A DNA stretch of 63,946 nucleotides, filler included, from Basidioascus undulatus (lineage: Eukaryota), in the NCBI GenBank assembly GCA_000826855.1. It is 4 parts of 4 records of this genome, joined end to end, with 100 filler letters (N's around TTAATTAATTAA, not from the genome) between each part and the next. Parts side by side here need not be neighbours in the genome. Positions count along the whole stretch, not along the records: positions 32,172 to 48,157 come from JTLS01000612.1; positions 48,258 to 63,946 come from JTLS01000626.1; 2 more parts are not named here. The stretch is one strand, 5' to 3'. Position numbers and translations under genes: made by a program. Positions 41,139-53,840 of this stretch are shown here, piece after piece. The notes under the pieces are model-generated. The model worked only from the letters and a program-made list of their open reading frames with translations. It was not told the DNA's origin and ran no database searches. The first letter of the stretch is position 1. The number at the start of each line of letters is the position of its first letter.

Positions 41139-43968
41139 ATGAGCCATCCGGAATCTCTGGGCACGGGAGCTTTCCCTCATACTACTCGCACTGGGCGGAT
41201 GGAACCGTTACGCAAGTTCGCTCGGAAGGTCACGACGAAGTCTGGCTGGTTCGGGGACTACGACTTCAAATGGCTGTGAGTCCCTGGTTACGACTTTGTG
41301 TTCTACATCCAAAATTAATTCCACATGTGCAGCTTCATACCTACATTGCCTTTCTCCGTCTTCGGTCGTAAGAAAGCGGCACGCCGCCTGCCGCCGTTCT
41401 TCGCACTCGACGACGACCTCCCGCTCGCCCTCGCCCTTGTTTGTGGTCTACAACATGCAAGTGTTTTGTACAACTGTAAAAGTTGAGGTTATGACCTACC
41501 GTTACAGGCCCTTGCAATGCTGGCAGGCTTGATTACGCCCCCAATCATCTTTGCAAATTACATTGCCCTCGCCCCCTCCTATCAATCTTACATGATCTCC
41601 GCTTCCCTAATCTCTTGCGGTCTGGTAAACTTGTCGTTTAATCTCGCTCATGCATATCGATGGCTGACACGGAGAACCTTTGGTGCAGCTTTCAATGGTT
41701 CAGATGAGCCACTTGCGCATTCCCTTTACTCAGCTGTATCTCGGCACCGGGGTAGGTCCTTGACTTTCTCATTGGGGAAACAATGCAGCTAACTTCTTAC
41801 CCTTGTTATAGATCATTACATGCGTGGGAACCAGCTTCGCGACGCTGCCAGTAGCCTTCAGCATCTTCGATAGCCTTTATGAGAATGGCTCCTGCGCAAT
41901 GACCACTCTGGCCGATGGTACCGTCACCAAAGCTCCTTGCGTACGCCGCTAATACTTTTATTGTCTCTAAGTAGTACTCTCTAATATCAGCTTTAGCCCG
42001 ACGCATATGGCGCCCTCCTCGGGACGGGCATGCTCTGTTCGATCTTCGAGATACTGCTCAGCCTGGTCCCGCCCAAGACTCTCAAACGTCTCTTCGTAAG
42101 CCTTGCCATCCAGTACAATTCTCTTCAATACTACCAATCAGGCTCAAATCACTTTGTCACAGCCTCCGCAAGTTACAGCGACCGTCATTCTGCTCATCGG
42201 TCTGTGCCTCGTACTCAGTGCGCCGCCACATCCTGTGCTGACTTTCGACAATAGGTTGCTCGTTGATCAAGTCGTCTGGTGAGCATATACATGAGAGAAG
42301 AGTGTTTGGCTTTTATGCCTTTACGATTTAACGAAATATCTATTTCCAAGGGTTTCCCAACTTTGCTGGGGGTAGCAATGACTGCGCGAAACTCAACACG
42401 TCCGGCTTCTTCCAGCTCTGCCCAAACATCGCGGCGCCCAAACCGTTGCCCTGGGGCGCTCCCCAGTTTATCGGCCTTGGTTTCGTTCGTTGCTTTAGAG
42501 CAGACTATATGCTGCGCGTTGGACAGTGGACTGATCTGCCCAATCGACGTTTTGCAGCTCAGCTTCTCGACCATCGTCGTCGTCGAGATCTTCGGATCCC
42601 CTTTCATGCGCAATGCATCTCTAATCATCGGGTTAATTGTGGGATGTGTGAGTAAAGGGACCTTATCTCCATTGAACTGGTAGCTAAGCATTTGTTACAG
42701 ATCGTCGCTGGCGCCGCCGGCTACATCTCGAGCTCTTCCATTGACTCCTCGCCCGCGATCACTTTCCTTTGGGTCAAGACTTTCAAGCTGTCCTTGTATG
42801 GCCCGGGGATACTTCCCATGATCGCTGTCTACCTGGTTCTGGCGTTGGAGGCCGTTGGTGACATCACTGCGAGTTCGGAGGCCAGTCGTCTCGAGGTCGA
42901 GGGCGACAAGTTCAACGAGCGTGTCCAGGGCGGTATCTGTACGTTCTGTGCCTTATTTAATTTCCTTCCAAACTACGTCTTGTTATGAAGTGATGCTGAC
43001 AGCCATGGTTGCCCTCTTTCGGTCTCCCTGCGCATGTTTACTTGTGTACGTGTCATGCCCTTTCTTTATCCAGTGGCGGACGGCCTCGCTGGATTCCTTG
43101 CGGGCTGTGGAACCGTCACACCACTGTCTATATTCGCACAAAACAATTCGGGAAGTATTGGTTTATTATTATCATAAAACGCTGGATATTAACCTCACAT
43201 TGTTTATGCAGGTCATCGCCATTACCCGCTGCGCGAACCGCCAGGCCGGCTTCTGTTGCGCCTGCTTCCTGATGTTGTTCGGCGTACGTGCCATCACTCA
43301 ACGGCTGTTTGAAAATTCTGACAACTTATATCCCACAGATCCTGGGAAAGATCTCTGGCGTCTTTTTATCGATACCGAATTCCGTTTTGGGGGGGGTCAC
43401 CACCTTCCTCTTCGCGACAGTGATCACCTCCGGCGTCAAAGTCTTGTGCCGTCTGAAATGGGACCGCCGCGACCGCTTCATCCTGGCTGGGTCTTGGGCG
43501 TTCGGGTTTGGTATGTCCTCCGCATCCACAAAAACACAAAAACTTCCCAGCGGACACTAACGCTTGCTGCCGCACAGGCAACCTCCTCGTCCCCACTGCC
43601 TTCACCTACCTCTTCCGCGGCGTCGAGGCCAACTCCGGCCTGTCTGGCTTCCTTAACGCCGTCATGATCGTCGTTTCCACGCCATGTAAATTTTCCCTGT
43701 TCAATCCTCGAAAACCTCCACACGCACTTCTGCTGACGCTGCAACTACAGACCTGGCCGGCGGCCTCTCTGCCATCTTCCTCAACCTCATTCTGCCCTAT
43801 GAGGAGCCCGACAACGGCGAAGGCGTTCGCCACGACAACGCCAATGCCGACGTCGAGCTCGGCCACACCTCCATGTCCGTCGACAATCTGTGCGACTCCG
43901 TGAAGGACGAGCCGACGGATCACAGCGAGGCCGGACCGTCGCTCACCGAAGTCAGGCAGGCAGAGTGA
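41139..43968 (+). CDS. NCS2/NAT family uric acid-xanthine (purine) permease, UapA-like, multi-exon
   Basis: TTKSGWFGDYD, GLQHALAMLAGLITPPII, VGTSFA, CPDAYGALLGT, LPWGAPQFIGLG, FGSPFMRNAS, EAVGDITASSEASRLEVEG, SIFAQNNS/VIAITRCANR, IPNSVLGGVTTFLF, RRDRFILA. Confidence 0.93.
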
Positions 43969-44313
43969 TCCGCGACGGCCTGCTCGGTTTTGGGTTTAAA
44001 TTGTCATGTTTCCCCTCGATGTCTCTGTTGTACACCTCCGCGCTAGCGATTCCACTCGACATGCCTTCGCATTTCTGCTTCCCGGCCCAGACGCGGTGCT
44101 GCGTTGTCCGCCTAGGCTGCTTTTCAAATTTTAAAAGAAATATCGCTTTGACAAGCTTTGACGGAACAGGCTTCCGTGCGCAGACCGTTCAGATAAACGA
44201 GGCCACAAACAACTAAGCTGAATGTATAGCAGAAAATGCGAAGAAATCCAGATCGATGAAGGTGTATCATGCGAAACAAGCGAGCCCCTCGAAATCAACT
44301 CTCCGAGTCCACA

Positions 44314-47074
44314 TCAGGCATCTCCAGCCCCCAGAGGATCGTACCCTCCCGCACCATGGCCGCCTCCCACGCCCGGACCGCCACCACTGCGCACTCTGAC
44401 CGTGCTCGCCCGCGCCCTTCCTCCTCCCAGCCGCGCCACATTCTCCACCATCGCGCCCGCCAGCGGGTCCTGATGCAGAGGCGGGCTCGTGGGCGGTGGA
44501 TAAGTGGGCATGCTACCGCCTCCCGCCGCCGGACCGACACTGGACGGGGACCGCCTGCTCTCCCACGGGGGGATGGGCCGCTGCGACATCGAGCGCGAGG
44601 GCGCGTGCGAGATCGTACGTGGTGGTGCGGGGCGCGGTTGCGGTTGCGGTTGGACAGGGGGAGGAGGAGGCGGTGGGGAGATATTGCAGGTGGAAGAGGA
44701 CTGCGAGGGGGAGTGGGAAGGAGAGGGGCGGTACGGCACGCGGGTGAGGCCGCCGACGGGCCGGTCGTCGCGCGTGGCGAGGAAGAGGGGGAGGGCGGGT
44801 GCAGGACGGGAGCTGGAAGGCGGGGCTGCTGAGGTCGGAGGCGGGTCGGAGGCGGAAGGCTGCGGCTGGGCGGCGACAGGGACGGTTGGGCTGGTCGTGT
44901 TGCGGCGCAGAAGCTCCGGACGCTCGGCCTCAGCCACGAGAAGCGCTGCCTTGACCTTCTTCTCGCCCGCTAGCACATCCCTAACGTGCCGCACCACCCC
45001 AAGCGCACTCTCGTCCGCGCCCCCGAGCCTGCCCAGCGCGCCGTCCAGCGCACGCGCGAGATCGCGCTGCGTCCGGCGCAGCGCGGCGAGCTCCGCCTCG
45101 AGTTCGCGCGGGGAGCCGAACTCCCAGGGCAGGTATTGGGGCAGATTGGAGAGTGGAGGGGAAGAGGAGGGGTGGGATGCGGAGGAGGAAGACGACGGTG
45201 GCGGTAAAGGGAACTGGATTTCAGGGAGATTTTTCTGCAGGGTCACAGAGGCAGGGCTCGGTTGCGTCAGTATCGCGCGGGGAACGATGCTGGAAAGAAA
45301 AAGGCGCGCACCCGAATCTCAGATATACTGGAGATGATAGCCTTGTTGATCCCGAGCGCCTCGCTGCGCTCCATAAGTCCCTTCGCGATCTCCCCCAGCC
45401 CAAGCTGCGCCGCGCCGCGCCGCGAGTGCGGCTGCTGCGGCCTGGACCTTTCAGAGCCCGCCGCGGAGGAGGGCGGCGTTTCGGCGACTTCGATGCCCAG
45501 GAGGTGCGCGTTCTGCAGTACGACCGCTGCGGCGGATGCGGGCGTCGGGCTGTCGCGAAGGAAGAGGGCTTGCTCGAGCAGGAGAGGAATGGCGGAGGGG
45601 GAGGACGACGAGTTGGAACGGGGGATGGGAGGGTGCCGGAGGAGGAGGGTCAGGAAGGTGGAGTAGTCGGGTGCGGAGACGACTGTGGGCGCGGCAGTGC
45701 ATCAGCGAACGTCCTATGAGGCCACATCCTGTGGTCAGAGACGAACGTTGATTTCGGCTGTAACAGGCGAGTTGAAAACCAGTTACACAGCGCGCAGCGA
45801 AGAAGGACTGGAACGTACATCCTGAGCAGCATAGCTACGGCGACCCACTCGACGCCTTTGAGCCCCTGCCCATCATCCGCGAACAATCCGTCCCACAGGA
45901 GTAGTGTGCCATCGAGTGCAAACTCGCGCGAGAAGAGGAGGCGGATCCAGCGGATGAGGAAGATCTGGGGCTCGACCTCGAACTCGGCGAAGCGGGCGTG
46001 CACGTTCGGGTCGAGCTGGCGGAGGAGCGTGTCGTGGACGCGGCTGCATTTCGAGAGGATCGACGTCGTCGACTAGCGGGAGCAGAGCAAGGAGAGCCGA
46101 TTTGAGTGCGCCGAGAGGAGCGGAAGCGGAATAGGGGAGAGACGGACCCCTTTCCACTCGTACCAAGGCTTGGCAGTCTTCATGATGACTTCGAACAGCG
46201 CCCATGCGTCCGCTTCGACGTGCGATGAGGAGAAGACGTCTCGCAGCGCGGCTTCTTCCCAGTCTGGGAGAGGTTTCGAGGAGGACGAGGAGGCGGCCGA
46301 GGGGTCGAGAGCGTCTGAGTCGATTACGAGGAAGATGACCGCGAGAAGCTCGTGCATCCCTTGCCGGTAGGAGACATCGTCGTTGAGCTGGCACCAGAGG
46401 AAGAGGATGGTCGTGAGGGAGGTCTGGACGCGGGGAATGCGGAAGTAGGGTATATCTGGGAAGCTGCGGAAGGCGCCCCCTCCGGGTTCAGCGATGCCTG
46501 GATACGCTGCGGGGAGGTATTCTAGTTGACTCACGTCCGCTGTACATCCTGCCTGATGATCTTCCTGAGCTCGAGCGCTGCAAAGTGACGCTGCCAGGGG
46601 TTGTTGGATTCGAGCGAGAGGGGGTTGTTGACGTCCAGGCTCGGGGGTGCGTCGAGCGGGGAAGAGGTGGCGGAATGCACATGGGAGGAAGGGAGAGAGA
46701 CGTCGGAGGGGTAGGATCCGTCCGGAGCGCGGAGATGCGCGATGCGAAGAGAGTCGTAGGACTGACGCGAGAGCGCGAGCGAGGCGGGGAACGAGGACGT
46801 CGACAACGGGAGAGTGCCGAGGAAGACCTGGAAAGCGAAACAAAATGAATGTGCTTCAAATTTTCACAGCGCGGATTGATAGACTCACCCGCCAATACAG
46901 AGATCTCAGCCCCTGCTCTGGCACTTGGCCCTTGAGTGCCTGCTCTTTGAGCCCCTCTCGCGAGAGCATCGGGTCGTCCACGACCGCGCTCCACCGCGCA
47001 CGGACGTCGTCCAGAGTGGGCCTGGTGAAGCTGGCATCCGCTCTTCGAATTACATCCTGCTCGTCGTCTGACAT
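44314..47074 (-). CDS. TBC-domain Rab GTPase-activating protein (TBC1D5-like)
   Basis: GLRSLYWR, NNPLSL...LRKIIRQDVQRT/FPDIPYFR, VSYRQGMHELLAVI, VEADAWALFEVIM, VEPQIFLIRWIRLLFSREF...LLLWDGLFA. The IxxDxxR and YxQ fingers are intact. Confidence 0.9.
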
Positions 47075-47322
47075 AGTCTAGATTGAAAAACAGAAAGGAG
47101 GCAAGAGAGAGAACAGAGATAGGGCAGTGCGTTCCAAGCGCGTTCCTGTTATGACGTGCGTCTCTTGGTCCCGCGCGATTGAATGAATTCTTTGTAGCGA
47201 TTTGTTGCCTTCGGCTCCGAGCGGGCCGGAGGCTATAAAGGACGTTCGGCTTCGAAGCGCGCGTCGCAAGTCCCACATTTTGTCCCTGCCGCTCACATCC
47301 ACGTGACGTTAAGTCGTCTGCC

Positions 47323-48157
47323 ATGGCTTCCAGGTTCGTAATTTCTGTCCAATGCAGCGTAGTTTTCTTCTGACATACCTTGCTCTGTTGCCAAAAAATC
47401 GTTTTATTCTGTTATTCCGTACACGACTCATCAGGCTAGATCGGCTTATCTCCTTACTCGACACGGGCTCGACGCCTGCCGTCCGGTCCACTGCCGCAAA
47501 GCAACTCGGGCAGATCGCAGCCCTGCGCGTCCGCGGCTCGAGTCAGAGCCAGGGCGAGTACCGTGGCCTGGATGGCGAATGGGACGAGGCTGTTCAGCTC
47601 ATAGCCAGAGTGCGTACCGCTTTCACTGCGTCCGAACCGCGAACCCACTCAAAATCTTCTTGCCTCCCCGCAGATCCTCCCCTTCCTCCGCTCCAAGTCC
47701 TGGGAGACCCGCTCCGCAGCGGGACAGGCGCTCGAGGCCGTCTGCCGCTCGAGCGGGATCTGGGACCCGTCCTCATCGGCCCCGCCGGCTGACGAGCAGC
47801 CTTCCGCGTCCGCCCTCCCCGCGCCCCAGCACAAAGTCCCCCTTTCCTCTTTCGACCTTGTCTCGGTCCTCAGCACAGGATCCAAGCTCCTCGCGTCTAC
47901 GGGGCACGAGTACGCGCGCCCGCTCAGCCGCGCCGACCTCGCGCAGGCCAAGAAGGACGCTGTCAGCAAGCTCGGGCTCGGGTTCCTCGGCGGCGAGGAC
48001 GCACTCGGCGTGGACATGGAGGAGGAGCTCAAGGATGAGACGGAGGACGGGGACGTCAAGATGGAAAGGGGCGGGGCTGTCCCCGTAAAACAAGAGGAGG
48101 AACAAGTTAAATCCGAGCCGAGCCCGCCCGCATCCCTCCCGCCGCCGCGCTTCCTCG
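47323..48157 (+). CDS. MOT1: TBP-associated Snf2 ATPase Mot1, 5' part only
   Basis: MAS/RLDRLISLLDTGSTPAVRSTAAKQLGQIA...ILPFLRSKSWETRSAAGQALEAV...GSKLLASTGHEY. Cut by the spacer. Confidence 0.9.
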
Positions 48158-48257
48158 NNNNNNNNNNNNNNNNNNNNNNNNNNNNNNNNNNNNNNNNNNN
48201 NTTAATTAATTAANNNNNNNNNNNNNNNNNNNNNNNNNNNNNNNNNNNNNNNNNNNN
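48158..48257. other. Artificial contig spacer
   Basis: 44 N + TTAATTAATTAA + 44 N. Confidence 0.98.
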
Positions 48258-51200
48258 ACGCACCCCCAATAACGTACTCCCCGTCCGCCGAAAAGCAGCA
48301 CCCGTACCTCGCTGGATACTCCCCGCCCGTCGTCGACCTCCTCCTCCGCATCGCGCACCACGCCATCCAGCCCGCGTACGAGCCGCTCTCGCACGCGGCG
48401 CACGGCCGCGCTGCGCGGTCGAGCCGCCGCGAGAGCAAGAGGAAGGAGTACACGGCGGTCGCGCCGGTGCCGTTGCGCAGCGCTGAGGTGGAGTGGGTTT
48501 TCTACTGTGAGGACTGGGCGGACCGGCTCCCCGTCGCGAGGACGTTCGGCGAGGTGCTCAGCGTCGTCGGTGGACTTCTCCGGTTCATCGGCGTACACGC
48601 GTTGCGCGAGCCGTCGTTCCTCGTCAAGCTCATCCGCATATGTGCCGCCGCGATCAAGGTGAGCCTCGCAGTCATCGCATTCCGTGCCTTTCTTGCTCAC
48701 GACGTCGACATCCTTGCAGGCCGCTCCTTCCGATCAGCAGGCGCCTTGGATCAACATCCTGCGCTTCCACATTCTCCCCGCGCTCTCCGTCTCGCGCCCG
48801 AACGTCAGCCTCGCCGTCGAAGTCTGGAACCTCGTCAAGGAGCTCCCTCTCGGGGCGCGCTACAGCCTGTACGGCGAGTGGCGCAACACGCTGCCGAAGC
48901 GGCACGCGGAGGTGCGCGCGCGCGTGCTCGAGACGGAGCGCGAGGCCAAGTCGATCCTCCGCCGGCTCAGCACGGACAAGGCGATGATCCGCGTGCACGG
49001 GCGCGCGACGGGCAAGCTCGCGCACAGCAACCCCGTCGCGCTCTTCGCGACTATCCTCCAATGGGTACAGAGCTACGAGAACATCGCCGTGCCTGTCGTC
49101 GAGGGCACAAGATACCTCACCCAGCTCAGCTACGACGCCTTCACTTTTGTTATCCTCGACTTCTTCGCGGACCCGAAGAAGGACCGCGTCAAGGAGGATG
49201 GCACGAGCGCGTCGCTGTGGCTTCAGAGTGAGTCGCCTTTCACATGTGTTTGTGTGTTGCCTCGTTGCTGAAAGGCCGCCCGCTTCTTTTCAGGTCTGTC
49301 GTCTTTCGCCGGCTCGCTCTACCGCAAGAACGCGGCGCACATGGACCCTACGCCGGTGCTGCTCTACATCGCGCACGAGCTGCGGCGAAACCGCGCGGGG
49401 AGCCTGATGATCCTCCGCGAGCTGATCAAGGAAATGGCTGGGCTCGAGACGATCGCGGACCCTAGCGAGAGCCAGGTCGCCGCGCTCTGTGCCGGCCCCG
49501 TCCTCCGCTCCGAGGTCTTCCCCCTCCTCTCCACCATCAAGGTCAACCGCAGCGGGCCGCGCCTCCGCCTCGCACTCCACGAGAGCGACCTCACGGTCCC
49601 GCTCCTCGTCCTCGCCGCTCAGCAACTCCAGGTCTGCGTTTATATGGTCCCTGAGAACGAGGCGCATCCGAAGCGCCTGAGTACGGTCTACGAGGACGTG
49701 CGTCGCTGTGCTCTGAATTCGATGAGGAGTCGGTTCGCTGACGATTGAGAACTCCACAGACCCAACAAGCCCTGTTCCAGCTCCGCGACTTCCTCCTTGC
49801 GTACCCGCCCTCGCCGACCGACCCGTGGCCGAGCTACGAAGACTCGCTGCCCTCCTTGACGGAGCTCGTCAACGACTATGGCATCGACATCGGCCTCGCC
49901 TTCCAGCTGCTGCGCCCGCGTCTGTCTGCTGCGGTCCAGGTGCGTCTCTACAACCGCTGTGCTCTATGCGAGATGCTGATCTGGAGCGGGCATCAGAAAC
50001 ACGATGCCGAGCTTGCGCAGAAGACCGCCGAGGAGAAGGCTGCGCAGGAGAAGGCGAAGGACCCGAAGGAGACGTCGGAGGAGGCGGAGGCTCGGCTGAA
50101 GGAGGCGATTCGGCAGTCGACCGAGGCGAAAAAGGTGAACAGGTCACGCTCCCATCGCTACAGCGGCGCGTGTCTGACTTTGACCCTGCAGGCGCAGAGC
50201 AAGACGCCGTGGCATCCGGCGCTTCTGCCCATCATCGAGGAAGTTCGGGCGCTGTTTCCCGAGCAAGTCCGCGATACTCTTCCGTGCGTTCTTGCTTGAC
50301 CACGGACAGGATTCCAGTACGTGCCGATGCTGAACTACACCACCATCCCCACAGCGCGGAGTTCTTCACGACTTTCTGGCAGCTCGGCATGTACGACATC
50401 AGTGTTCCGACCGAGCGCTACTCGCAGGAGATCAAGAGTGTCAGGGACCGCGACTCGGCCGTGTCCGGCGGGCGAGGGCCGTCGAAGGAGGTGCTCGACC
50501 GCATCGACGCGATCAACAAGGACGCCGAGCGCCACATCCGGCATTTCTCGACCACCAAAACGCGGTTCAACCACGAGAAGCTGCAGTGGTTCACTCGTAC
50601 GCTACCGCTTTTCTTGGTTCCCACGCGCGCCTTGTTTTGTCCGTGCACGTTATTCACATCGCCGTCTCTGCAGACGCCAACACCCAACCGCGTCGATTGG
50701 ACGTCATCAAGGCCTTCATCCAGCTCTGCGTCCTTCCTCGCGCCGTCGTTTCGCCCGAAGACGCGCTGTTCTGCGCTCGCATCGTTCGCTTGATGCACAA
50801 CTCTGGCGTACCCAATTTCATAAGCCTCTCCTTTTACGACAAGGTGCGCTTTTCTGTGCCGGGGTGTCTCCGCACGAAGGGCATCGTTCTTACGGCGGTC
50901 AGTTGTGCAGGTCTTGAGCGACACCATCGGGCCGATCATCTACTTTTCGACTGAAAGCGAGACGCGCAACTACGGTGCGTCGATCCCTGCAGCAGCCCGT
51001 GGCCGGCCGGTCGAGCTGAAATTGAGGAAAATACAGCGCGCTTCACGCACGAGATCCTCGGCGAGCTGACCCCGTGGGCGGACAACGAGGCGGCGTACCT
51101 GAAGGCCCAGCGCTCGTCGCCGAACGGTCCGTTCCTCCCCGGCTTCAGGAGGAAGTGGACGGGCGTTGAGGCGGAACAAGCGCTCTTGGATTTCAATGCC

Positions 51201-53840
51201 TTCCGCAGGGCGTTCAAGAAATGGCACAACAGGATGCATGCCGTACGCACATTTCATTCACCCGATGGTCTTTGAACGGTGGGCTGACATATCTGTTATC
51301 CAGGTGCTGCGGGACATCATCGTCGCGGCCGAGTATATGCACCTCCGCAACGGCATCGTCCTCTTCAGCAAGATCAGCAACTTCTTCCCCTTCTTCAAGG
51401 ACCATGGCGAGATCCTGCTCGATCGTCTTACTACGCTCATCGAGCGCGAGAAGCGAGACGACGTGAAGGTCTTGGCGCAAGGGTACGGCGGTTCATCGCT
51501 CTCCCTGCTCGGTGCTTCGCCTGACGCACTGTCCTTGTCAGCTACATCGCTCAGCTGAAGAAGCGCCGCCCGGAATGGATCGACCCGCACGGCTTCATCC
51601 CGCCTGAGGACGGGGCGAAGCCCCCCTCCGCCGCGTCTACGGCGCCGCCCACGGGGCCGAAGAGCGCTGCAGCTTCCCCCGCGCGCAAGGCGATCCCGAA
51701 CGGGCCCAAGCACGCCTCGCCTCCAGCGCCAACGCGCCCGTCCTCGTCCAGGCTCCCGACTGGGCCGTCACGCGCGGGCGCCGCGAGTCCGCCAACTGCG
51801 GCTCCCACCGGCCCGCGGGGCGTCCACGTCCCAGGCGCCCCGAAGGAGCCGCGCGCAAACGGCCATGGCGAGTCCAAACCGTCGTCGGACGCCAAACCGC
51901 CGACTGGCCCTTCAAGCAGGGACAGGACGAGGGAGCAGGAGAAGCGGGATGACGAGGCGAAGGAAGAGTCGCAAAGGGAAGCAGGCGAAATCGAGAGGTG
52001 CGGATGCGTGCTTTTCAGTTCAAGAAGCTAGTAGCTGATAGCAGTTCTTGAACAGCACCACCCCGACCAAGTACGAACGCAAGGCGGAGGCGACGTCCAG
52101 CTCGCGCCGCGAGACGTCTCCGTCTCGCAAGCTTGGGCGCGACGAGAGCGATCAAGACTCGTATGTCAAACACCCCATACTTGTGGAACGGGAGCCTTCA
52201 TACTGACAGTCAGTCCTTGTTTCAGGTCTCGATCGGGGAGGAAGGACGACAGCCGGTCCTCGCGTTCGAGTCGCCCCTCAGGCTTGCCAGCGCGTCCAGG
52301 CTTGCCCGCCCGCCCGACGGATCCGCTCGGTCGGCAGGGGACCGAGCGCGAGCGCGACCGAGATCGCGATCGCGATCGCGATCGCGACCGTGAGCGAGCG
52401 AAGGACCGCGGACGCGACGAGAAGGACAAGGATCGCAGCCGGGACGACAAGAACAAGGAGCGCGCTTACGACAAAGACAAGGACCGTGTCCGAGACGAGA
52501 AGGACAAGGACCGCGACCGCAAGGAGAGCCGCGCTCGCGACGAGCGTGCGGAAGGCTCGAGCCGCATGGAGCCGCCCGCGACGTCGACCTCGCGCTCGGC
52601 CGCGGAGCGATCGCGACCGCCGTCGCCTACTCGCAGTCACGACTCGCGCGATGGTCGGAGCGAGCGCAGCAGCTCCGGCAGGCACGAGCGCCGCGAGCGC
52701 GAGAAGGACAGGTCCTCGGACAAGGACTCTTCTCGTTCGAGCCGGCGGGAAAGGGACCGGGACCGCGAAAAGGAAAAGGAGAGGGAGAAGGAGAGGGAGA
52801 GAGAAAAGGAGAGGGAGCGTCGCGAAAGCCGCGACGACCGCAAGAGCGAGCGCAGCGACCGTGAGCGTGAGCGTGACCGCGACAGGTCGCGCCGGCACGG
52901 TGGTGGCGATTCCATCCGGGCCCGTTCGCCGCCTCGCGAGCCACGCGACGAGGGCTCGTCTTCGAAGCGCCGCAAGTTGAACGAGGAGGAGGCGGTAAGA
53001 TTCATCTGCTCAAACATTTCGGACTCCATGCTGACTTCGTTGTCCTTCAGGGCGACTCGCAGATCTTGTCTCGCAGCGGCGACGGCAAGGTATGCTGCGC
53101 TGCATGACCCGAACTCGTCTCGGCGGATGCTGATCTGTCTTTGCCTTCTGCAGTCGCGCAGCCTGCTTGACCGCCTCGAACCTCGCGCGCCCCCTACGGG
53201 GCCTCGCGAAGGCCGCGACGCGCCGCCGCACGAGCAGCAACGGTCGCGGCATCGGGATGACGTGGACTCGCACAAGGAGGAGTCCAAGAAGCGTTCTCAT
53301 GAGGGTGCGTACAGATAGAGCGTCGTTGCGTGCGTTCTGAGCTGCGTTGCTGATCTGAAACTACGTTCGTCAGACGCTGTGCCCAAGGACGCTGCTTCTC
53401 CCGAGCCTGTACGTTCTGTTGTCGGGCCTTACTTTTCTCTGGTTCCTGGCTGACGCTCGTCCATCCACCAGTTTGAGGCTTCTGCCAAACGGCTCAAGCT
53501 CGAGCGAAAGCGATACGGTCTGGACTCGCCCAGCGCGACCGACGAGCGCGACCGTGAGCGTGACCGTGAGCGTGACCGCGACCGCGATCGCGACCGCGAG
53601 AGCCGGGACAAGCCTGCCGAGCGAGCGATGCGCAACCAGCTCACTAGCGCGCTCAGCGCGGCGGAGCGTTCGGTGCGCTCGCCAGCCAGCGGGCAAGCCG
53701 AGGGGTGGGGCATGCCCGAGCCGGCGTTGAGTGCTGGGGGCGGACGCCCCGGGAGGAGGGACGACGAGCCGGAGGGTACGTCCCGGCGTGGGGACGGCGG
53801 TGGCAGAGGTGGGGGGAGGAGCAGTGGGAGAAGGCGATGA
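48258..53840 (+). CDS. THO2: THO complex subunit 2, 5' end missing (contig start)
   Basis: WVFYCEDW, ILPALS...EVWNLVKELPLGARYSLYGEW, KSILRRLS...KLAHSNP, YENI...RYLTQLSYD, RVKEDGTSASLWLQ, FFTTFWQLGMYDISVP, QLCVLPRAVVSPEDA, EYMHLRNGIVL, then a long RD/RE-rich tail. Confidence 0.93.

Noticed and set aside
52340..52885. CGCGAT/GAGCGT/GAGAAG tandem arrays and palindromes as a possible repeat array or CRISPR
   Set aside because: They encode the RD/RE dipeptide tail of Tho2. There are no spacers and the context is eukaryotic.
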